Shown here: positions 26,901 to 37,434 of the stretch, one piece after another
How the letters are laid out: every line of letters begins with the position of its first letter
How positions within the stretch are numbered: the stretch's first letter is position 1
Source of the DNA: Gnetum montanum
Lineage: Eukaryota > Plantae > Gnetophyta
Reading direction: 5' to 3'
DNA length: 64,000 bases
Assembly: GCA_015680685.1 (NCBI GenBank)
Contig: MNCI01000852.1
Coordinates: 551,349 to 615,348 of the forward strand
Program-made: the position numbers and the translations under genes
The notes under the pieces: model-generated
What the model saw: the letters and a program-made list of their open reading frames with translations, nothing else
The model's database searches: none
What the model was told of the DNA's origin: nothing

Positions 26901-27770
26901 AATAGGCTTTGAAACAAAAAAACACTATGCTGAGCTTATACAACTTAGTCATGACATCTACCATGCATTGTGAGGCTTTGGTCCGCATGTTAACGATAAT
27001 TCTGGTTGACAAGAACATGCCAGTGGAAGAGAAGGCAATCGATTCGGTCATGCTCCCTTTTGTGCCTACAGAAACTCAGCCATCCCAGTTGACTTTTTGC
27101 AATAATTCCATTAGGGAAGACCTTGAAAAGGGTCAAGTGACTATAGCACCCCTATTCATAGCAATTTGGATCAGCAAACATAAGATCTGAAGAGTACACG
27201 TCAATGATGAGACTGCTACCAACATCATCCCTTTCCCTATAGTGGACAAGTTCGGTTTGGTTGACCAAATCAAACCCACAACAACATCATGCTTGAAGTT
27301 ATTCAATGGGGCACAGGTCATAGTAAAGGACACGGTCCACATCGATTTTGTAGTAGGGGACCAGTTCCCCATGAATGCAACATTCATCGTGGTTGAAGAG
27401 ATGCGTGAGTTTAACCTGATCTTAGGTAGGTCATGGTTATTGCAACTCAGGGCTGTCTCTTCGATCATACACCAGGAGATCCATCTGCCCTATGTAGGTA
27501 GGGAGGTGGTTATCCATGGTGACGAGGTGGGAACAGAAGCTATCAATAATGTGGATATGGAGTAGGGCTTAGAGGTAATAACTTCTGAGAATGAAGCACC
27601 TATCTCTATAAATACTAACTTTTGGCGGAAGATCCGGCCCAACCTGCTGGTCCAGAAAATAAAAATGCATGGGTAGAGTTACCCTTCCAAGCAAAGGACA
27701 ATGATGTAGATGAAGGTCATAGTAAAGCATCTTGGCCTTACGCATCGCCCAACCCATGATGGGTCAAGAA
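23921..27770 (+). pseudogene. B1 gag-protease, disrupted
   Basis: KYNGEGDPNAHL..F, LTGKALDW gag core 25220-25650; FCDY..Q.C.HNMDY knuckle ~26130; protease RVHVND..ATNIIP ... FNLILGRSWL 27190-27440. Confidence 0.85.
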
Positions 27771-27920
27771 GTAGCTACGCATAGCGTAGCAACTCCACTG
27801 CTTCTCCCAGATTGACATCCTTTGTACATTTACCACCTTTTTGTTTTGCATCCACCCTTCTACATTAGGTATTAATTAGCCATCCTTTAAATCATTAGCA
27901 TATCATTTCATTAATTCACG

Positions 27921-28036
27921 AGGGCTCTAAATGGCCTAAAACTATGCTACCCTACTAGGGCCCGAAATGGCCTAAAACTAGTAGGGGCCCGAAATGGCCT
28001 AAAACTAGCAATGGCCTGGGATGGCCTAAAACTAAG
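27921..28036 (+). repeat. Cluster of 4 hairpin+AAACT motifs after protease (B1)
   Basis: gggcccgaaatggcctaaaactag and variants. Confidence 0.85.
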
Positions 28037-28202
28037 ACAAAAACGTAACATGAAACAACTGCACAGATAATACACATAACACACAAGCTAGCGTAGCATC
28101 CAAAATTGCCAAAATTTCATTTTTCATTCAATGGTTCACATCACATTGCCAATGTTTGCAATAATTTTAAAAAAAATCCAAAAAAATCAAAATCCCATGC
28201 TG

Positions 28203-31200
28203 TCATGGGTTATCTTCATCCATATCCTCTTTACCCACATCGTTCGTTCTTACATCATTCCCTTCCTTGCCACCTTCCTCTGCATTTCCTTCGCCTGCAT
28301 CCTCATTTTTGCCCTCAATGGACCCTGCACCTTCATTCTGAATTTGCATTGCAATACCGAAGTAGTTATCTAGGTGAACACATAAACGCTAAATAAACAT
28401 GGAACCTTTGCATAATGGAGAGTGACTAACCCAAGATGGTCTCACTTTCGTCTCAAGGGGTATGCAGTCTAAACTAAGCCTGAGGCATTCCTAGATCTCA
28501 TCCTCCATCATATCGGCCCAGTGCCTATCACTTGGTCCAGCATCTGCAGCGGCTTTCTCCTTTTCAATGGCCATCCATCTCGGCTGTCCTGGAGAAAAGG
28601 AGGCAGTAGCGGTCTCACCTGTGGAAAGGTTCACTTCCCGTTTAGGAGACTTAGTGACCTTTACCTGTGCCTTGAACTTTTTATAAGCCTCAGAAGCACC
28701 AATGGCAATGACAAACTCCTTATAAGTAAATTCTTCTATAGAAGCATCCCTATATATTTTGCGGTAGGTGGCACATTCCAGCTTATACATGTGCTTATGG
28801 TTTTTTTGGGACTACCCCCACTCGTAAACTCTGGCGCTATAGTATTTCTAGTATTGGTTCTTCTAGGCTAGCAAGTCCATTTGCATTCGCTACTCTATTA
28901 TCTCTCTGGTGGCCTCATTGTTGTGCCACATGACTATCCAATATCTAGCATAGTCTATCATAGCTGTGCACCAACTGCCATCATTATTTTCACGGTCCAG
29001 GAGGAACTCATTCCTAGATCTGAGATCTCCCACTTCGGCTCTCAACTCAGCCTTCTCTCTCTCTCAGTCTTTTGGACCCATTTCCATGGGTCCTTGTTGA
29101 CGTGCCTACACTCTCACAAGGAGTGTACCAAATGCAAAGTGCATTTTCTAGCCTCGTCATATATGCGATGAGGCACTTCAGCCACTTTGGGCGGGAATGT
29201 AGGCACAAGACTGACTTTCAATGCTTGTGTCAGGTCCCATTTGAGTTGAGAGGCTATGACCATATGAACAACATATTAGTCACATTAGCATAGAAAAAGT
29301 CAACAGATCAAGAAAATTTAGCATAGCAATTTCAAAGAGCGTAGCATAGCTACTTTACTTACCTACTTCAGGATCGACCTACCTGAGAGGACTGATCATG
29401 TTGTTGACAACCCCTTACATGAATGTGAGTTTGTCGGGGGTCTCAGCCCATGGTTCCAGGTGGATCAGAGGAGGTCCTACAACTTTAACAATGGTGTCTA
29501 TCATGCAATTAAATGCATCAGTAATGGTTGAGAAGGACTACAATAAACCTGTGAGTAACACAAATGATAATGTAGGGGCTCCTACACAGTAAACTCTTGG
29601 GGGTGATAATAGGGGGATCGCCTACCAACATATGATCAAATATATTGTCAAACTCACCAGCATCTAATTGTAGTTCTCCTCCTTGCTGGCTTAAAACTAT
29701 GGTAGCACCCTTACCCTTCGCTTGCTCTCCTGATGCTGGGCTACGTTCAGTCGAAGGACCTCTAGTAGAAGTCCCTTCCTGGGTGATGCAGACTTCTTCC
29801 TTATTAAGTGGGGCCTCTCTTCATTAGGCTCCAACCTCTTCCTCATCGTCAAAAAGATCCTCCTCTTCAGAAGGAGTGCCTTCCTTATTAGCGAGATCCC
29901 CCTCCTTTGTGATGGGGCCCCCTTCCTCTCTCTTGACCAAGGCTCTTTCCTTAGTGGATGGGGCCTCTGTGTCTTTATTTGCTACCCCCAAATTGGGGGC
30001 CGACACTTCCTCTTCATCTTCTTCTTCTTCTTCTTCCTATGGTAGCAAAAATAACATGTTCACATTAGCATAAAACATGTTAGCTTAAAGTAGATGCTAC
30101 ACTATGCTACGTTGCCTAGCATAGCATAGCGTAGCAGACATTATCAAGATAGGTGAAGAAGTAAGCATAAACATGGGCATTTGCCAATGGGGGTTGCATC
30201 TTGCGTAGCTTAAACCGCAGTTTCCGCCCCTCTTCTTCTTCTGTATGGAGGGTCTCCTCAGCTGGTTGAGGCCTCTTTCGCTGCAACTTAGTGGTCACTA
30301 TTTTAGTAATGAGACGTTTCCCCCATGATATACTACTGGCAATAGCAGAGGATGCCTCACCTATGCTGTCTGGGCCATGAAAGTTGTGGGCCACCTAATC
30401 CTTAGTCGTTATAGAAAATGACTCCCCAATAGCCTCTGGGGTATCTTGAGCTTGGGTGGTCTAGAGGATTTTTCAAATCCATGGTTTGGAAATCTGATTG
30501 TGATTTTGCATGACCCAAGCTTCATTCTCATGGACTACCAAAAACTCGGTGAAACGCCATAGGCAGGCTACATAAAAGGCATAGTGCACATCAAAATGGG
30601 ACTCCTGCTTCTTATGAAGCATGATGATTTTAGTTTATAGGCCCTTGCACAAATGCCTGGCCCAGTTATAGTGATCCCCCTCTTCCATGACCTCCCGCAT
30701 TATCCAAGCGCTCAATCCCAAGGAACTTTCCTTGGGAAAGTAGCTGGGGAAAAGTGTGAGTACGGAAGATAGGATAAACATCTTTGGTGGGTCCTAGCCT
30801 AACCTTATCCATAGGGATCCCCTTTCACTCTTTTGGAACCCTTACCCACTCCTTGATGTCTTCCTTCTGACAGTTTAGCTCTTTTTTGGTCTTCGACACT
30901 ATAGAGACACCATTAGTAGGGACACCGAAAAGGTCTGCAAATAACTGGTCGTTGATTTCAAGGACCACTTGCATGCCATGTACATGTATGCAGAAGTGGT
31001 CTACCTTGTCGAAAAAGGAGTCCACTAGGATGAGCATCTCGACAGCAGGGACGCTTAAATTCAGGGCTAGAAACAAATCCATGAGCCTAGCATTCTAAAG
31101 GTTCTTGATTAGAGATTCCAAGGTTAGACTGCATATTTAACGTTGGCTCTCATCTACCTCCTCGTACTTGAAGTAGATGTTGGCCTCCTGGTTCCCAGAG

Positions 31201-32990
31201 GTAATCACCATCACCTCCTAGGACTTGTTCGCCCCTATAGCAAAAAATGCAAAAAACAAAAAAAACACAAAAAAATGTGAAAAAATGACAAAAAAAAAAC
31301 AAGTTAGGCTAAGCATAAGTAGTAGAAAGAATAGAAAATGATACTCGGACATGCAATAATTCACAGTTTGGCTTACCAGGTTTAAACGGTAATGGAAATG
31401 GTGGAAGATTAGCCAAAACATCTTCAAAGGAGATTGGTTTAAAGGGTTCCCATCCCTCATCCAACCAACCAAAATCCCTACATCTATTGTAAAGCTTGAG
31501 GTACCGGGTTGGATAGGTGTTGTACTCACCCCCGCATTGACCTATCACACCTACGTGCATATTCTCAATAGAAGAAAACTCCTCATTGACAAAAAACCTG
31601 GTGACAAAAAGATATTGTTAACATTCGGCTAGCGTAGCAAACATTGCATAGTGTAGTAGAACGTGGCTACAAAACTCACCCTCCAGCATGGTAAACAGTT
31701 CCTGCTGGGTTTTGGAAGCATGTTCCCATGTGACGTGCAATGAACAAGGTGTTGTAGAGATGGTAGCAATTATACTTGGGCATATCCCAAATCCAAGCCA
31801 GATGCCTTAAATTTCTGGGGCACTAGCTAGATCCTTCTCCCTACCCATTACTAATCGCTTCATTTGCCAAAAATAGTAGAATACCCCGATTTGCCCCAGG
31901 CAATAGGGTTTCTGTTATGGTGGTCGCTACCTCCTTTGCCAAGCTTGACCAAACGATCACACTGAAGCGTTGGAGGAGAAATTGGAGGAATTCCCTCACT
32001 TCCTCTCAAAACCAAACTGCCTCCTATCCCACACGTGCATGGGACGAAGGAACATTGGCTATTGGTTTGCTCACATAGCACAGGACCCCTACAATTTCTC
32101 AGACAACCAAAATAGGCCTTAGTGCTATCCTGCACATAATAATAGCAAATGTTAGCACCATGTTCGAGTGAAATGCACATGTAGTGTAGCAACACTAGCA
32201 TTTTAGGAGATAGCGTAGCACTATTTTCTTCTTACACATAGCATAGCAAAAAGCACGAAGGTAATAGCGTAGTAGAGTTAGCGTAGCAAAGTCAACTTGG
32301 CGTAGCAACAACAAATGATATATCTTTAAATGAGTCAGCCTAATAAAGTGCTTAGCATCACACTGTGGAAAAACATGTGTCACACCATCACATCATGCAC
32401 ATGGCCAAACCCTCCTGAGGGTTGTACACTACGCTATTTGCATGCCAAATGGCTCGAATTGTCCAAACCTCTGTGGTAATGGCAGTCATAGTGATGGCAA
32501 TCTGGACGATATTGCATGCAACTTTAGCACAGCATCCGTACATCCGTCGTGGACGAAATAGTAACAGCGATGGTGTAAAGGCCAAAACAACGACAATACA
32601 ATAAGAAAAAAAAACATGGATAACTAAAAAAATAGAATCGTAGAGAAAAATTGCAAAAAGAAAAAATAATAATAGAGGCTTAAAAAAAAGAGAAGGCATG
32701 GTAGCCTACTGGGCTAATGGTGTCTCCTCTCGAACCACGATGCGCGCTTGTGTTATGCGCCCTAGGGTTTCGTCTATCTCGCTAACCTTGGCGAGTGCCT
32801 GGTTCTTGCATTTCTTTTTGGGGGCCATCATCTTGCTTGCCGACTCTTCCTTTGCCACTACATTGAATCGCTTTGCTCTCTATTGGCACAAATTTCTTTG
32901 CGCTCCGAATCGCTCTGTGCTCCAAATGTAGGCTCTGCACTGTTACGGTGAAAATGACGAGTTTACTAAGGGTTAATTCTTATTTATAGC
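28203..32990 (-). pseudogene. B1 antisense multi-exon accessory gene (FCP1/SCP-like + plant-transposon-protein-like + acidic + coiled coil), disrupted
   Basis: TATA (ctataaataa ~32980-32989), ATG ~32828 (MAPKKK); GT/AG-bounded exons 32129-31680, ~31597-31377 and from 31234; translated segments align with D 47360-51710. Confidence 0.75.
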
Positions 32991-33171
32991 CACAATGGTA
33001 AAAAAGGAAACTTGTCATTCTCTCTCTCCATTTAATGCAGAGTATTCTATGCAGCGTAGCATGCTTTCCACGACGTAGTGGCACTATTTTCATTAAAATC
33101 GGTGGGCCTGGGCGAAAAGCCTTCACATGCTCGAAGCTAGCCATTTGCCTTTACAGCAAAAAAATCTCATT

Positions 33172-33443
33172 GGCAGTCCAAAAAGACCTTAAACTAATAG
33201 CCTTGCATTTTGACATCTCATTGGCAGTCTGAAAAGACCTTAAACTAGTAATCCTAACACATAGTTTCAATCTAGCTAGCGGTCCAAAAAGACCTTCAAC
33301 TAGCAATTTCGACTTCTCACTTGTTGGTAGTCTACAATGACACTAAACTAGTAATTTCATGTCTTTATATCAATAGTTTGCATTTTCACAGTAGTAGTTT
33401 TGCATTTCTACGTTTTGGCAGTCTACCATGACCTTAAATTGGC
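33172..33443 (+). repeat. Cluster of 5 GTC-N6-GAC-NN-TAAACT motifs before RT (B1)
   Basis: ggcagtccaaaaagaccttaaacta, ggcagtctgaaaagaccttaaactag and variants. Confidence 0.85.
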
Positions 33444-33639
33444 AAATTTTAAAGTTTAATATCATACTTTTATATCATGCCTTATACTTCTACCAACTGC
33501 ATCTCGTTGCTACTTTGTAAACTTTCACTATGTAAAGTTGCTACAAGCAGGTAATCTTTGACTAGACTTTCATCTCATCTTGGCAAGTTGAGCAAAAATG
33601 GAAATGCATTACAATCTCTCTTCACCTTTAGCTTTAGTA

Positions 33640-35270
33640 GGTCCACATGGCAAACTCACAAGACAACCAAACCCAGAGCTGATAGACTGGGAATCATCCA
33701 CAGTTAACACCGTAGCATCCTTAGAAACATCCCCAGACTAGCTAGAATATCTGGTCCAAGCCCTAGATCTAGAGGCTAGGTATGTAACTAAGGATCCTCT
33801 CATCAAAATGCCTGTGACCACATCTAGGGGGGAGGTGAAAATGTTGAAACTTAGTTCCCTCCTAGATTCGCAGACGCATAAGGATGTAGCAAAAATTCTG
33901 CAACATAACATTGAAGTCTTTGCATGGTCATACAATGACATGACAGGTTTAGATCTGAGACTAATACAACACAATATCATCTTAGACCCACAGATGAAGG
34001 TAGTCAAGTAGAAGGCTTGCAAGGTTAGACTAAAGATCACACTAGCCGTATGGGGTGAAATCACCAAGCTATACCAGGCTGGTTTCATCCGAGCAGTTGA
34101 TTACTCAGAATGGGTTTCTAACATCATTGTAGTTTATAAGAAAATAGGAGGAATACAAATCTGTATAGACTTTTGGGATCTAAACAAGGCAACAATCAAG
34201 GACGATTTCCCACTTCTGAATATTGATCAACTTATAGACACTATGGCCAGTCATGCTCTGTTATCCTTTATGGATGGTTTCTCTGGTTACAACCAAATTT
34301 GCATTAACCCAGAGCATCAGTTAACAACAACCTTCATGACCCCATGGGACACCTTTTGTTATACTATGATGCCTTTTGGACTCAAAAATTCCGGAGCAAC
34401 ATACCAGCAAGCCATGACCTACAGCTTTAGTGACTACATCTTAGAAACACTGAATGACTATGTTGATGATATAGCAGTTAAATCTAAAGAAGTCGCTGAT
34501 CATCCTCATGATCTAGGTGTAGTCCTCACATGTTGCTGGATGCATGATTTATGTCTCAATCCAAAAAAGTTTCTTCAGGGTGAGAACTGGATGCATGTTA
34601 GGGTCTGTAGTATTAGAGGCTGGCATATGAGTAGACCCTAACAAAGTTAAGGCCATTGTCAACCTGGAACCTCCTACAAACCTTAAAGAACTGTGTGCGT
34701 TACAAGGTAGATTATAGTTCATTAGAAGGTTTATAGCAAAGTTGACTGACAAGTTACACCCTATGCAACATCGTCTAAAGAAAGGGGTTAACTTTGAATG
34801 GATGACGTAATTCCAACAAGCCTTTGATGATTTGAAGGAAGAACTTTTTCACCTCCCCACTGTTCACCCACCATAGAGGGATAAGCCCTTCTTCATCTAC
34901 CTTTTCACCTTAGACATTGTTATGTCAAAAATGGGAAGACAAATATGAGATACTAGTGTACTAACTAAGTCATGCATTGATAACATATGAGGTGAAATAT
35001 AACGAGGTGGAGAGAAACTGCCTTGCCTTAGTATTTGCATTGAAAAAGTGGAGACACTATCTATTTCGTAGCAAAATCAACATTATTTGCAAGAGCAACA
35101 TACTTCGAGCTATAACAAACAATCTGTATGAAAGCAATAGAATAGCCCAGTGGAAAGAAATAACAATGGAATTCGATTTGTATTATGTGAGCCAATCATC
35201 AACGATGGGTTAAGCCATAGCAGCACAAGTTACGACCTTTCTCATCAATGACCAGGTGATCATAGATTCC
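33640..35270 (+). pseudogene. B1 reverse transcriptase and RNase H, disrupted
   Basis: VFAWSYNDMTGLD, LSFMDGFSGYNQI, MPFGLKNSGATYQ, YVDD (~34459), YNEVERNCLALVFALKKWRHYL, RIAQW...EFDL. Confidence 0.95.
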
Positions 35271-36983
35271 TAAAACATCCCAAAATTCGAAGGTATTCTT
35301 GCTTCACTAGGTCTTTGCAATTTGCATAGCATCATGATAGTTCTTCAGGAGATGGATGTCCTAATGTTTAGATTGTCCAGTTTGGCAAGTTTTCTACTCC
35401 CGATGTCAACATGCTAAATGGATTCTCTAGCCTGCCCACCTGAGTAGTTTACCCAGATGACAGTGCACTCAGGGGTAATGCGTGGAATTGTTGGTGGTAC
35501 TCAGAATGTGCAAAATAGTACAAAAAGTTTTCTAAGTCAAGGGGTTTGCGTAGCAGACCTCAGAAAATGATTGTAGAATGAAATGCTTCAACAAGTTTTC
35601 TAAGTCAAGCAGTTTTGCTACACTACACTAGGCTATGTAACGTAGCAAACTTCAGAAGACATTTGCAGAAGCGAAGTGCTATGCTATGCTACGCTACACA
35701 ACATAGAAAAAGCTAGGCGGTTAGACCTCTCGCCTGACTTCAAGTCCTCCAGCAATGTCCCCTTCCATCAAAAAGTGGAAAACTTGGTAAAAGGAAAACC
35801 ATGTTGGCTACTATGCTACACTGAGCTACATGGTGCAACATGGCATAGCAATTCTGTGAAAGTGATAGGAGGCATCTAAATGGGCAGGATCAGCAAGTTT
35901 GCAAGTTCCATAATGCAAAAGGCAGAATTTGCAGATTGGTGACATTTTTTGTGACCAAGGCCAGCTACGTAGCATAGCATAGCATAGAAAATATGCAATA
36001 AATAGTTAGCACACTTCACAGGCTTCCAACACATGCAGTGAGATGCATAACAGAATGCTACGCTACGCAACATGCTACGCTACAAAGCACAACACAGCAT
36101 AGCAAGCAGTTACGCTACATCAATGCACTTCACCAAATTGCACCATTGGCACACATATCCAAACTCTGACAGCACAATTACAGCATGCTAGGCTTGCAAT
36201 TACGGTGTGGTAGGCTCATAATTACAATGGTCATGCATATCCAACGGTCATGTAGGCACGTGCAGCATAGACAAGTCAATGTAAGCCTAGGGTACATGGC
36301 ATCCAAACCGTACATTTTGCATGTCCTTAGCCCTATAAATATCCCAATGAGTAGCACTCGAAGGGTCTCGAGTCCATTTTTTTGGCAATTTGGTCAGCTG
36401 GCAATTTTTTTGGCTGATAAGCAAAAAAAAAGTTATCACTGTAACCTTGAGCATTGTAAGCTTTCTGTTTGACATTGTAAATCATTAGCACTCTTAGTTG
36501 GAATTTTGTTCTACTCTTTTCTACCACCTTGATAGCATTTTGCATTATTAACTCCTAAATCCATGTTCAAGCACACAGCCATCTTGCTCTACATGTCTTG
36601 GTTACCTTTGGGATCTCTGTGCCTCCCAGCATCGTGCAACTAATTGTATCCACCTTGACAGAGTGAAGTCATAATCTTGAAGCGGTGCATTTTTCTAACT
36701 ACATTCTACTTTGCTTTCTTACTTATCATTGCATTTTTACATTGTTTTCTGTCCCTCTTGCATTTAAAGTTTTCATTTTATGTTAGAGGTCTCATTTTCA
36801 AATTATCCATTTACGAAAGGTTATATTAACACTGACTAAGTGCCTGTTTGATCGACTAGACCGTTTAGGGCACCCCATTTCCATTTTTATCCAACACGAC
36901 CCTCCTGAGGATTTAGGGTTAAGATTGTCAATGACCAATGACCTCTCGGTTTTTTTCAACTGTCGACGTTTTTGGTTGCTACA
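35271..36983 (+). repeat. 5' LTR of B2 (inserted just after B1 RNase H)
   Basis: taaaacatcc (decayed tgaaacaccc)...gctaca; followed by PBS ttgcgttagaaggagggcc 36991-37009 and a new gag. Confidence 0.9.
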
Positions 36984-37434
36984 ATATTTCTTGCGTTAGA
37001 AGGAGGGCCTTTGGTGCCCTTTCCACATGTCATGGTACACCTGTAAGCCTTCGGCACCCTGATATGCATTAGCATAAACTTGACACCCATTTGTGGTTGT
37101 TTACACATTGTGTGGTGTAGATTGGTCACCTCGATGGTTCCTCGGGAACCCTACAGGACATAAAGCCTCTGATTGCTAGTTGACTTTGCTATTTTACGGT
37201 AGTCCTGCATGCGCTCTGTACCCTATCACGCACTAGTGTAAACATGACACCCCTTTGCGGTTGTTTACGCATCGTGTGGTATAGATTGGTCGCTTCGACG
37301 GTTCCTTGGGAACCCTGCAAGATATAAAGACTTTTTTATTGCTTTTCAATTTCTTTACTCTTCTTGTTCGCAAAACTATTTAGCTTTCCAATTTTTTTTC
37401 TTTTTTCTTGTTTGAAAAACTCTTCAGCTTAACA

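Larger units (their letters stand above)
21751..35270 (+). mobile_element. B1: Tat/Ogre/Retand-like Ty3/Gypsy element (5' LTR, gag-PR, antisense gene, RT-RH); remainder displaced by B2
   Basis: LTR tgaaacaccc...actaca, tRNA-Asn PBS, Tat-type gag knuckle, RT and RNase H motifs. Confidence 0.9.

Noticed and set aside
27921-28036. Hammerhead ribozyme / retrozyme (GAAA-containing hairpins)
   Set aside because: No CUGANGA core paired with GAAA in a three-helix arrangement.
21751-36983. LTRs at 21751 and 35271 as the two ends of one element
   Set aside because: They are clearly diverged. The second has no PPT before it, cuts pol before integrase, and is followed by its own PBS and gag, so it is the 5' LTR of nested B2.
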